A DNA stretch of 42,635 nt, taken from positions 1-42,635 of the forward strand of contig CAYULZ010000001.1 in assembly GCA_964445865.1 (NCBI GenBank), given 5' to 3'. The position numbers were made by a program, and so were the translations under genes. Positions 1-8,300 of the stretch are shown here, piece by piece (the first letter of the stretch is position 1; each line of letters starts with the position of its first letter). The notes under the pieces were generated by a model. The model saw nothing but the letters and a program-made list of their open reading frames with translations. It was not told where the DNA came from and did no database searches. This stretch comes from an uncultured Lachnospiraceae bacterium. Lineage in GTDB: Bacteria > Bacillota > Clostridia > Oscillospirales > CAG-272.

Positions 1-51
1 CAGAGGTCTGCAAAACCTTTATCCCCGGTCCGATTCCGGGTGGCGCCTCCA
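1..51 (+). tRNA. tRNA-Cys (anticodon GCA), 3' portion only; the 5' part is upstream of the window
   Basis: Anticodon stem-loop GAGGT-CTGCAAA-ACCTT, T-arm CCCGG-TCCGATT-CCGGG, acceptor 3' strand TGGCGCC, discriminator T (U73, typical of Cys) and encoded CCA ending at 51. The T-loop reads TCCGATT rather than the canonical TTCGAAT. Confidence 0.8.
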
Positions 52-55
52 AAAA

Positions 56-85
56 ATCCTGCACGAAAGTGCGGGATTTTACTTT
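56..85 (+). terminator. Intrinsic terminator after tRNA-Cys
   Basis: 9-bp stem ATCCTGCAC/GTGCGGGAT (one G:U), GAAA loop, then a T-run. Confidence 0.7.
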
Positions 86-86
86 T

Positions 87-171
87 TACCTCTTACCTCT
101 TCACTCTTACCTAAATTGGCAGGATTTTTTGGGAAGTAATAGGTAAAAGGGAAGAGGTAAGAAGTGAGGTA
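87..171. repeat. Imperfect CT-rich / AG-rich inverted repeat built from TACCTCTT-like units
   Basis: Left arm TACCTCTTACCTCTTCACTCTTACCTA (87-113). Right arm TAGGTAAAAGGGAAGAGGTAAGAAGTGAGGTA (140-171). The arms are only partly complementary (TTACCTA/TAGGTAA, CTTACCTCTTC/GAAGAGGTAAG). Confidence 0.5.
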
Positions 172-206
172 GCTTTTCGCCGTGGCGAAAAGCATTTTTG
201 TTTTTT
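172..206 (+). terminator. Second intrinsic terminator
   Basis: Stem GCTTTTCGC/GCGAAAAGC (9 bp), loop CGTG, followed by ATTTTTGTTTTTT. Confidence 0.7.
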
Positions 207-209
207 ATA

Positions 210-238
210 TTGAAAAGCACCACAAAGTGTGATATAAT
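210..238 (+). promoter_or_regulatory. Sigma-70-type promoter for the 264..794 ORF
   Basis: TTGAAA (210-215), 17-nt spacer, TATAAT (233-238), preceded by TGA (extended -10). Confidence 0.6.
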
Positions 239-263
239 CTAATCAAGAAAGGCGGTGGGAATT

Positions 264-794
264 ATGAAGATTGTATGCTTGCTTATGAAGATTGTGCGCT
301 TGCCGATACAAATGATTGCCCTCCTATTGCAAACGTATTTTATCGTGGAAACGATTCACCTTTATACCCGTGGCTACGTTACTTTTATGGGGACTCCCGT
401 TGAAAACGCGTGGTTTTCTCTCCTTTTTACGTTGCTTATTGTGGTAGCCTGCGAGGTCGTTTCTTTTGTGGATGCTGTTCTTTTCGTGGCTTCCAAGCAT
501 AATGTGTATAGCTTTATCTATCTGGCACTCTTTGGTATCAACGCCATTTGCTTTATGACGTTGGCATATAACAGTGAGTTTGGAACCACCTTTTGTATGG
601 TGCTTTACGCGATACTTTTTGTGCTCCGTATTGTCAATTGCGTCTTGAATGCGATGGATCTGTTGAAAACATGCAAGCGGACACCTGCTCGCTCCTCTAA
701 CAATGAAAGCACCCTACGGGGTGCTTTTTCTTTTCGGCAATACCCTGCGCGGTGCTATAAATTTTCTTTACAAGAGCAAAAAAATGTGCTATAA
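264..794 (+). CDS. Small hypothetical integral membrane protein (about 4 TM); 3' end uncertain
   Basis: ORF 255..794, ATG at 264 preferred. Hydrophobic segments include LLFTLLIVVACEVVSFV, FIYLALFGINAICFMTLA and FCMVLYAILFVLRIV. AT-richer than the neighbours by eye. A terminator and the next promoter fall inside the last ~30 codons. Confidence 0.5.
   Translation: MKIVCLLMKIVRLPIQMIALLLQTYFIVETIHLYTRGYVTFMGTPVENAWFSLLFTLLIVVACEVVSFVDAVLFVASKHNVYSFIYLALFGINAICFMTLAYNSEFGTTFCMVLYAILFVLRIVNCVLNAMDLLKTCKRTPARSSNNESTLRGAFSFRQYPARCYKFSLQEQKNVL
706..736 (+). terminator. Terminator-like hairpin inside the tail of the 264..794 ORF
   Basis: AGCACCC-TACG-GGGTGCT followed by TTTTTCTTTTC. Confidence 0.55.
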
Positions 795-795
795 T
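767..795 (+). promoter_or_regulatory. Promoter for the flavin reductase-like gene
   Basis: TTTACA (767-772), 17-nt spacer, TGC-TATAAT (790-795). Confidence 0.6.
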
Positions 796-822
796 AATCC
801 CAAGAAAGGCGGTACAAGCATC

Positions 823-1390
823 ATGAGAAAAAATTTTAATACCAAGCGCAAAGGTCCGATCCTCTATCCGCAGCCGGTGTTTATCATTGCCGCATATGAT
901 GACGGCGGGACACCGAATGGTATGAACGTGGCGTGGGGAGGAATCAGCGATTATGACGAGCTGTCCTTCTGCGTTGCGGACGATCACAAGACGACCCAAA
1001 ATATTCTTTCCCGAAAAGCCTTTACGGTCAGCATGGCCGATGCGGCTCACGTTGTCGAATGCGATTATTTAGGGGTGGTATCGGGAAATGACACACCGGA
1101 CAAAATGGCCAAAGCGGGCCTTCATTGCATCAAGAGCGAATTTGTGGACGCACCGCTCTGAGGAACTGCCGATGGCGGTCGAGTGTACGTTGGTATCTTA
1201 TGATGTGGAAAGCGGTCGCTTGATTGGCAAGATCGTCAACGTTAGTGCCGACGAGCGCATTTTGGACGAGGACGGCAAGATTGATCCGTCGAAGCTACGC
1301 CCCATCACGTACGATTCGATGAATCAAGCCTATCTGGTGATTGGCGAAAAGGTTGGAAATGCGTTTCGCGACGGATTGCAATTGAAATAA
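823..1390 (+). pseudogene. Flavin reductase-like (FMN-binding split-barrel) gene interrupted by a +1 frameshift near 1159
   Basis: Frame A (823..1161) reads MRKNFNTKRKGPILYPQPVFIIAAYDDGGTPNGMNVAWGG...SEFVDAPL*. Frame B continues EELPMAVECTLVSYDVESGRLIGKIVNV...GNAFRDGLQLK to 1390. Skipping the single T at ~1159 gives a continuous FVDAPL-EELPMAVEC. Confidence 0.7.
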
Positions 1391-1567
1391 GCTTTGAGAA
1401 TATTGATATGAGCCAAAAAATACAGAGCGGGCGATGCCCATTCCTTGCTACGGATTGGGCAACCATACGGTGGCGCGGCGTTTGCTCGAATTTGGCGTAC
1501 GCTTCATTTTCCTTGCTGAGAAATTCTTTTTGAAATCATGATTTGAAAATAAAACAGGAGGGACACC

Positions 1568-3919
1568 ATGATCAACTGGTCTTATAAAACGCGCGGAGGA
1601 TCTTCTCCGCAAGGGAAGCCCAAGGTATACCTTGCGTATCATCCCGACGATGCTTCGTTCGTGGACGTAATTGCCGACGAGATTTTGGCCGTGGCGAATT
1701 GTGCGGTGTTTTATCGTACCGAGCCCATTGCCGACGCGACCGAGCATTTTGAGCTTTTGGCCGACGTATCCCTTTTTGTGATTCCCGTAACGACGAGATT
1801 TTTGATTCAGTCCTCCGAGGCGCGCTCGCTGGAGCTTCCGTTTGCCGAGGAGCGGCATATCCCGATTCTTCCTTTAATGCAGGAATCCGAGCTCGATGAG
1901 CTGTTTCGCGAGAAGTGTGGGGAGATCCAATATCTGGACAAAACCAAGAGAGATGCGACGATGATCTCTTACGAGGAGAAGCTCAAGGGCTTTTTGGAAT
2001 CCATTTTGATTGGCGACGAGCTGGCCGAAAAAATTCGCCTCGCCTTTGACGCCTATATTTTCCTTTCTTATCGCAAAAAGGATCGCAAATATGCGCAAGA
2101 GCTGATGCGACTGGTTCACGAAAACGACTTTTGCCGCGACGTGGCGATCTGGTATGACGAATATCTGACACCGGGCGAAAACTTTAACGATATGATCGCC
2201 GCTGCGCTTCATAAAAGCTCGCTGTTTGCTCTTGCTGTTACGCCCAATCTGGTCAACGAAAGCAATTATGTGATGAACGTAGAGTATCCTATGGCCAAGG
2301 AGGAGCAAAAAACGGTTCTGCCCATTGAGTTTGTTCCTACGGACAAGACCGAGCTGGCCAACGCTTACGACGGGATCGCGGACGCGATTGTGCATACGGA
2401 TACCGACGCGTTGCAGCTTGCCTTGAAGGATGCGTTGCACCGTGTGGCACTGCGGCGTTGCGACGATGACCCGCAACATACGTTTTTTATCGGCTTGGCC
2501 TATCTTTCGGGGATTGACGTAGAAAAGAACGTCAGCCGCGCCATCGAATTGATTACGGCGGCTGCCGAAGCCGATCTTCCCGAGGCCATTGAGCGGCTCG
2601 TGGCCATCTACTACAACGCCGAAGGCGTCGAAAGAGATCCCGAGGAGGCCCTCCGCTGGCTCAAACGCTTGGCGACCGTATATCAGGCACACTACGAGGC
2701 GGATAAAAAGGAAGAAAATGCCGTTTGCTATCTCAAAACGCTGTTCCGACTTGGAACCTGTCTGCGCGAGGAGGACGAGCTCTCCGAGGCATTCGAGACC
2801 TTCCAGCAGATGCTTGAGGCTTCCTTTGACATGGAGGAAGCCTATGAATGGCCGTGGCTTTTGCAGCATCAGGCGCTATGCTTTACCCAACTGTCCGATC
2901 TTACCTTGATGGTGGAGGATTACGAAACGGCAATTTCCTTTTACGAGGAGGCCATCGAGCTCGCGGAGGAGATGGTAGAGCAGGAGGATAGCGTAGAAAA
3001 TCTCCATACGTTGGCGGTGATCTATAACAATGGCGCGGCCGGCCTTTATCGCAATCTCATGGTTAGCATGATCAAGGAGGGAGACTTTTCTAAAGAATAT
3101 TATCAAAAGGCTCTTAAGGTGATGGAAAGGATCGTCAGCCGCAGTTCGGCCGAGCGCTATCGTCGCGATCTTGCCGTCAGCTATAGCAATCAAGGCATGC
3201 TTGCGGCAACGAGTGAGGACTATGAAACGGCCAAGCACTATTATCAAAAGGCGATCGATCTGCTCGAAACCTCGGCAGATTGCCAATCCGTGGATATCAT
3301 CGCAGATATCGCACATGCCCATATCGAGCTTGGCAAGGTTCATGCGCTGTGTGGTAAAATGGGCGCGGCGCGGCAGGAGTACCGTCAAACGCTTGCCATT
3401 CTCGAGCCCGAATTGGCAAAAAAAGAGCATCCCACCTTGCACGCATTGCACATGCGGGTGTATGAGGGGATAGGTGCTACCTATGAGCAAAAGGGAGACC
3501 TGGTCAATGCACGCTACTATTTTAACAAGGAGCTTGTGGGGCTGTATCCCCACGCATCCTCACTTGCTATCGAGGATATGCGCGAGCTGCTGCAATCGTT
3601 CTTGGACGAGGCGGAGGCAAACAAAAAATCCTTTGGGGAACAAGAGTATATTCCCACGCGCATGTATCATTTGGCCTTTGCGCTCGTGTCCCGCATGATC
3701 GGTCAATCCGACGTGATGTACGATCACCATCTCTATGCCGAGGTTTGTTATCAGCTTTGTATTTATCATGGGTGCTTTAGCGATATTGCGCTCTCGACGC
3801 AGTATGGAGAGGAGGCACGTCGCGTTTGGATGGAGCTTTCGCATCTGCGTCCCGACATCGAAACATTCAGACAAAAAATCGAGCTCGTGTCGCTGCTTTT
3901 GAAAAAGGACTATGAGTAA
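1568..3919 (+). CDS. Tandem TIR-like domains fused to SEL1-like and TPR-like repeats (783 aa)
   Basis: RBS AGGAGGG. TIR-like 1 is KVYLAYHPDD...ELPFAEERHIPILPL. TIR-like 2 is YIFLSYRKKDRKYAQEL...WYDEYLTPGENF...SNYVMNVEYPMAKEEQKTVLPIEF. SEL1-like segment AIELITAAAEADLPEAIERLVAIYYNAEGVERDPEEALRWLKRLA. Helical repeats continue to the C-terminus and there is no P-loop. Confidence 0.75.
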   Translation: MINWSYKTRGGSSPQGKPKVYLAYHPDDASFVDVIADEILAVANCAVFYRTEPIADATEHFELLADVSLFVIPVTTRFLIQSSEARSLELPFAEERHIPILPLMQESELDELFREKCGEIQYLDKTKRDATMISYEEKLKGFLESILIGDELAEKIRLAFDAYIFLSYRKKDRKYAQELMRLVHENDFCRDVAIWYDEYLTPGENFNDMIAAALHKSSLFALAVTPNLVNESNYVMNVEYPMAKEEQKTVLPIEFVPTDKTELANAYDGIADAIVHTDTDALQLALKDALHRVALRRCDDDPQHTFFIGLAYLSGIDVEKNVSRAIELITAAAEADLPEAIERLVAIYYNAEGVERDPEEALRWLKRLATVYQAHYEADKKEENAVCYLKTLFRLGTCLREEDELSEAFETFQQMLEASFDMEEAYEWPWLLQHQALCFTQLSDLTLMVEDYETAISFYEEAIELAEEMVEQEDSVENLHTLAVIYNNGAAGLYRNLMVSMIKEGDFSKEYYQKALKVMERIVSRSSAERYRRDLAVSYSNQGMLAATSEDYETAKHYYQKAIDLLETSADCQSVDIIADIAHAHIELGKVHALCGKMGAARQEYRQTLAILEPELAKKEHPTLHALHMRVYEGIGATYEQKGDLVNARYYFNKELVGLYPHASSLAIEDMRELLQSFLDEAEANKKSFGEQEYIPTRMYHLAFALVSRMIGQSDVMYDHHLYAEVCYQLCIYHGCFSDIALSTQYGEEARRVWMELSHLRPDIETFRQKIELVSLLLKKDYE

Positions 3920-3946
3920 ACCGAGAAGGTACAGATACAAAAAACG

Positions 3947-3982
3947 AAAAAGCAGAGATTTTTCTCTGCTTTTTCACTTTTT
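3947..3982 (+). terminator. Intrinsic terminator after the TIR gene
   Basis: AGCAGAGA-TTTT-TCTCTGCT followed by TTTTCACTTTTTT. Confidence 0.75.
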
Positions 3983-4024
3983 TAAAAAACTTGACGTTTT
4001 TTAGACACAAATGTCACATTTTAC

Positions 4025-4053
4025 TTGCTTTATTTAGAGATGTGTGGTATAAT
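4025..4053 (+). promoter_or_regulatory. Promoter of the aldolase-like/ThDP/HAD operon
   Basis: TTGCTT (4025-4030), 17-nt spacer, TGG-TATAAT (4048-4053). Confidence 0.65.
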
Positions 4054-4133
4054 GATAAAGAATGGGATCGTATGCGATCTTCCATGAAATTGTTTTCGGG
4101 GCGTTTCAAAAAACCCCCATTTAGGAGGAAATC

Positions 4134-5753
4134 ATGAATTCGAAAATCAGTTTGTTGGATTGTACGTTGCGCGACGGTGCGTACGTTGTGGATGCCAAGT
4201 TCGGCTCCTCGGCGATCAAGGGCATTGTCAATAAGCTTCAGGATGCCAACATCGACATCATTGAATGCGGATGGCTCAAAAATTCCCCCCATGAAAAAGG
4301 CACTTCCTTTTACCACGTACCCAACGATTTTGCACAGTATCTCAACCATAAAAACCCCAACATCATTTACGCGGCGATGATCGACTGGGACCGTTACGAT
4401 CTCGATTATCTGCCCCCGTATGATGGTAAGACCATCGACGCGATCCGTGTCGTGTTCCCGCACGGAAAGCACAGAGAGGGCGTTGAGGTCGGACGCAAGA
4501 TCAAGGAAAAGGGATATAAGGTATTCTTCCAGGCTGCCAACACGCTTGGCTACTCCGACGAGGATCTGCTCGACCTCGCGGCAGCCGTCAACGAGGTCAA
4601 CCCCGTCAGCTTGTCTGTCGTGGACACCTTTGGTGCCATGTTCGAGGAGGATCTGGAGCGCATTGTTAAGGTGCTGGACAAGCACCTCAACCCCGAGATC
4701 CAGATGGGCTTCCACTCGCACAACAACCAGCAGCTCTCGTTTGCCCTGACGATGCATTTCATTCAGATGCAGAAGAAGAGCGGCAGAGATGCTGTCGTAG
4801 ACGCTAGCCTTTGCGGCATGGGCCGCGGCGCGGGCAACGCAACGACCGAGCTCGTTGTCAGCTATATGAACAAGAAGTGCGACACGCACTACGATATGGA
4901 TGCCGTGATGGACGCCATTGACATCTATATGGAGTATTTCAAGGAAAATTACGAGTGGGGCTATTCGACGCCTTACTTCATTGCCGGTCTGTATTGCTGC
5001 CATGTCAACAACATCGCTTACCTGCTTAACAATCACCGTACCAACGCCAAGGACATGAGAAACGTGATCGAGTCGCTCGATCCCGCCGACCGCAAGAAGT
5101 ATGATTACGATCTGCTCGAGCAGAAGTATCTGCAGAACTGCAACCATGACCTAAACGATACCCAGACGGTCGCCGATCTGACCAGAGCGATCGCGGGCAG
5201 AGAGGTGCTTCTCGTAGCACCCGGTAAAAGTGCCGTGCAAGAAAAGGCAGCCATTGATGCGTATATCAAGGAAAAGAAGCCCGTTGTGATCGGTGTCAAC
5301 GCCATTCTGCCCGACTACGACTACGACTACGTGTTTTATGCCAATCCCGCAAGATACGAATACGCCGAGGAGAGCAACGCAAAGACGTTTGCAAGCTTTA
5401 AGCGCATTCTCTTATCGAACATCAAGACCGAGCCCGATGAAGGCGAGTACGTGATCGCGCTCAACAGCGTCGTCAAGCGCGGCTGGGTGCATTTCGATAA
5501 CGGTATGATCTGCGCGCTCCGCCTGATGGAGCGTCTTGGCGTTAAGAACGTATCCATTACAGGCTTTGATGGCTTCAAGGCACGCTACAACCAGAGCTAC
5601 GCCGACCCGTTCCTGCCCTCGCTCAAGACCGATAGCACGTGGAATGAGCTCAATCGTGAGATCAAGAGCATGTTTGAGGACGTCAAGGCGTCGGCACAGA
5701 AAATCCAGCATATTTCCTTCCTCACCCCGAGTCTTTTCGCAGAGGAAGCATAA
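4134..5753 (+). CDS. DRE-TIM metallolyase (HMGL/4-hydroxy-2-oxovalerate aldolase-like) N-domain fused to an uncharacterised Rossmann-like C-domain (539 aa)
   Basis: RBS TAGGAGG. The N-terminus LLDCTLRDGAYV...IIECG...GFHSHNNQQLSFA...DASLCGMGRGAGNATTE fits the pyruvate carboxyltransferase/HMGL-like pattern. The C-terminal ~200 aa (REVLLVAPGKS...VIGVNAILPDYDYDYVFYANP...ITGFDGF) resembles MptE/DUF115-type domains from memory only. Confidence 0.6.
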   Translation: MNSKISLLDCTLRDGAYVVDAKFGSSAIKGIVNKLQDANIDIIECGWLKNSPHEKGTSFYHVPNDFAQYLNHKNPNIIYAAMIDWDRYDLDYLPPYDGKTIDAIRVVFPHGKHREGVEVGRKIKEKGYKVFFQAANTLGYSDEDLLDLAAAVNEVNPVSLSVVDTFGAMFEEDLERIVKVLDKHLNPEIQMGFHSHNNQQLSFALTMHFIQMQKKSGRDAVVDASLCGMGRGAGNATTELVVSYMNKKCDTHYDMDAVMDAIDIYMEYFKENYEWGYSTPYFIAGLYCCHVNNIAYLLNNHRTNAKDMRNVIESLDPADRKKYDYDLLEQKYLQNCNHDLNDTQTVADLTRAIAGREVLLVAPGKSAVQEKAAIDAYIKEKKPVVIGVNAILPDYDYDYVFYANPARYEYAEESNAKTFASFKRILLSNIKTEPDEGEYVIALNSVVKRGWVHFDNGMICALRLMERLGVKNVSITGFDGFKARYNQSYADPFLPSLKTDSTWNELNREIKSMFEDVKASAQKIQHISFLTPSLFAEEA

Positions 5754-5766
5754 AAGGGGAACGCAT

Positions 5767-7575
5767 ATGAAAATTAAAGTTTCGGATTACGTCATCAAGT
5801 GCCTCGAGGCTACGGGCTCGACGCATATGTTTATGCTCCCCGGCGGCGGTGCGATGCATCTGAACGACTCGCTTGGCAAGAGCGAGAAGATCCAATATAT
5901 CGCTTGCCTGCACGAGCAGGCCTGCTCGATCGCGGCAGAGGCCTATGCGAGAGTCAACAATCAGATCGGACTGTTGATGGTCACTACGGGCCCCGGCGGC
6001 ACGAATGCGCTGACGGGTGTTGCCGGGGCGTACCTCGAGTCGACCCCTATGTTCGTCGTGTCCGGTCAGGTCAAGAGAGCCGATATGATCAACGGCCAGG
6101 GCTTGCGCCAGCAGGGCATGCAGGAGCTTGACATCATTTCTGCCGTCAAGTCTATGACAAAGTACGCGGAGCTTGTGGACGATCCTATGATGATCCGTTA
6201 TCACATGGAGCGTGCACTGTACGAGGCAACGAACGGCCGTCCCGGCCCTGTATGGCTCGACATTCCGCTTGACGTACAGGCTACGATGGTCGAGGAGGAC
6301 GAGCTGATCGGCTTTACGCCGGCAAGCTTCCTGCCTGCCGATACGGCATATCTTGAGAAGCAGGTGCTCGAGGTGATCGAGCGCTTGAACAGGTCTGAGC
6401 GTCCCGTGCTGATGGCGGGCAACGGTATCCGTCTGGCGGGCGCGATCGCCGACTTTGATACGCTGGTCGAGACACTGGGGATTCCCGTGCTCACCACGTG
6501 GAACGGCATCGACCTCATTGAGGAGACGAGCCCCTATTACTACGGCCGTCCCGGCGGTCTCGGTCATCGCTACGCCAACTTTATGCAGCAGAACTCCGAT
6601 CTTTTCCTGAGCATCGGTGCGCGTCTGAACCTTTTACAGACGGGCTATAACTACAACGGCTTCGCACGCGCCGCAACCAAGATCATGGTCGACATCGACA
6701 ACGCCGAGCTTCATAAGACCAACGTGCGTCCCGACGTGCCGATCTGCGCCGACGCGGGCGACTTTATCCGCATGCTCTTGAAGCACAAGGATCTGATCAA
6801 GAAGGTCGACCGTTCGGCTTGGTTTGCTTACGGCGACCGCATGAAGGCAAAATATCCGATCGTGCCCGACGAGTATTGGGCAGAGGAGGGCAAGGTCAAT
6901 ACTTACTGCCTGCTCGAAACGATCTCGAAGCATATGACGCCCGACGACGTGTACGTTTCGGGTAGCTCGGGTAGCTGTATTGACGTGTCCATGCAGACCT
7001 TCCGTGTCAAGAAGGGACAGCGCGTGTTCTGCACGAAGGGTCTGGCCTCGATGGGCTACGGTCTCCCCTCGTCGATCGGTGCCTGCCTTGCCAGCGGCAA
7101 GAAGCGCACGGTCGGTGTCAACGGTGACGGCGGCTTCGTGATGAACATTCAGGAGCTGGAAACGATCCGACGCTTGAACCTGCCGATCAAGCTGTTCGTG
7201 CTCTGCAACGAGGGCTACGGCGCGATCACGGCTACACAGACCAATCTGTTTGGCGGACATTTCGTCGCCTGCAACGAGCAGTCGAACCTCTCGATCCCGC
7301 ATATTGCCAAGGTTGCCGATGCCTTTGGCCTCAAAACGCTCGTCATTCACGATAACAGCGAGCTCGACGCCAAGGTTGCCGAGGCTCTTGCCTACGACGG
7401 TCCCGTGATCATTGAGGTGCATACGCCCATCGGCCTGACGGCTCGTCCGAAGCAGATCTCCTATAAGAGATCGGACGGACAGATGGAATCACTGCCGCTT
7501 GAGTTCATGGCTCCTGTCATCAGCGACGAGGAAATGCGTGAGAATATGATCATTCCGATGTTTGAAAAGGGTTGA
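5767..7575 (+). CDS. Thiamine diphosphate-dependent enzyme, acetolactate synthase large-subunit-like (602 aa)
   Basis: ATG at 5767, in frame with the longer ORF 5536..7575 whose upstream extension overlaps the previous gene. MKIKVSDYVIKCLEATGSTHMFMLPGGGAMHLND...LMVTTGPGGTNALTGVAGAYLESTPMFVVSGQV. ThDP motif region NGDGGFVMNIQELETI. Confidence 0.8.
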   Translation: MKIKVSDYVIKCLEATGSTHMFMLPGGGAMHLNDSLGKSEKIQYIACLHEQACSIAAEAYARVNNQIGLLMVTTGPGGTNALTGVAGAYLESTPMFVVSGQVKRADMINGQGLRQQGMQELDIISAVKSMTKYAELVDDPMMIRYHMERALYEATNGRPGPVWLDIPLDVQATMVEEDELIGFTPASFLPADTAYLEKQVLEVIERLNRSERPVLMAGNGIRLAGAIADFDTLVETLGIPVLTTWNGIDLIEETSPYYYGRPGGLGHRYANFMQQNSDLFLSIGARLNLLQTGYNYNGFARAATKIMVDIDNAELHKTNVRPDVPICADAGDFIRMLLKHKDLIKKVDRSAWFAYGDRMKAKYPIVPDEYWAEEGKVNTYCLLETISKHMTPDDVYVSGSSGSCIDVSMQTFRVKKGQRVFCTKGLASMGYGLPSSIGACLASGKKRTVGVNGDGGFVMNIQELETIRRLNLPIKLFVLCNEGYGAITATQTNLFGGHFVACNEQSNLSIPHIAKVADAFGLKTLVIHDNSELDAKVAEALAYDGPVIIEVHTPIGLTARPKQISYKRSDGQMESLPLEFMAPVISDEEMRENMIIPMFEKG

Positions 7576-7580
7576 TCGCG

Positions 7581-8225
7581 ATGAAATACGTTTTCTTTGA
7601 CCTGGACGGCACGCTCGTCGATACGGGCGAAGGCATTATGGCCTCGATTCGCCACGCACTGGAGGTCATGGGCGAGCCTGCACTCGATGAGAGTACTCTG
7701 CGTTGCTTCATTGGACCGCCCCTCAAGGAGCCCTTTATGACACATTGCGGCTTTTCCGAGGAGCGTACGTTGGAGGCGATCAAGACTTTTCGCGCGCACT
7801 ATGCGCAGGTCGGCAAGAATATTTGCGAGCCCTACGACGGCATCCGCGAGATGCTGATCCGTCTGGAGGACGCGGGCTTTGTGCTGGCCGTTGCCACCTC
7901 GAAGCCGACGGTGTTTGCCACGGATATTCTCGATCGTTTTGATCTGTCGAAATATTTCGTGCAGATCGTGGGAAGCAATCTCGACAATACGCGCTCGAAA
8001 AAGAGCGAGGTCATTGACGATCTGCTTGCCGAGCTTGCGATCGACGATCCGCAAGAGGTCGTCATGATCGGCGACAAGGCGCAGGATCTCGTCGGCGGCA
8101 AAATCTGCGGCACGAAGGGAATCGGTGTGACGTACGGCTTTGGCAGCGTCGAGGAGCTCTCGGCCGAGCCGCATATCGCGCTCTTGGATAGTCCTGCGGC
8201 TGTGGCAGATTTTCTTATCAAGTAA
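7581..8225 (+). CDS. HAD-superfamily phosphatase (phosphoglycolate phosphatase-like)
   Basis: MKYVFFDLDGTLVDTGEGI (DxDGT motif I), ...VATSKP..., ...MIGDKAQDLVGG. ATG 7581 follows the upstream stop at 7575. Confidence 0.8.
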   Translation: MKYVFFDLDGTLVDTGEGIMASIRHALEVMGEPALDESTLRCFIGPPLKEPFMTHCGFSEERTLEAIKTFRAHYAQVGKNICEPYDGIREMLIRLEDAGFVLAVATSKPTVFATDILDRFDLSKYFVQIVGSNLDNTRSKKSEVIDDLLAELAIDDPQEVVMIGDKAQDLVGGKICGTKGIGVTYGFGSVEELSAEPHIALLDSPAAVADFLIK

Positions 8226-8237
8226 TTCTATATTTTT

Positions 8238-8275
8238 AAGCAGGGCGAAGAATTTTCTTCGCCCTGCTTTTTTTA
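8238..8275 (+). terminator. Intrinsic terminator of the three-gene operon
   Basis: AAGCAGGGCGAAG-AATTTT-CTTCGCCCTGCTT followed by TTTTTT. Confidence 0.8.
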
Positions 8276-8300
8276 CGAAACAATTTCGTAAAAAAAAGAC

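Noticed and set aside
87-171. CT/AG-rich inverted repeat as the terminal inverted repeats of an IS or MITE.
   Set aside because: The arms are only partly complementary. No transposase gene or target-site duplication is visible. The arms are internally repetitive low-complexity sequence.
1150-1165. Programmed +1 ribosomal frameshift in the flavin reductase-like gene.
   Set aside because: No slippery or shifty motif or stimulatory structure is evident, and this family has no precedent for recoding. A mutation or assembly error is the simpler explanation.
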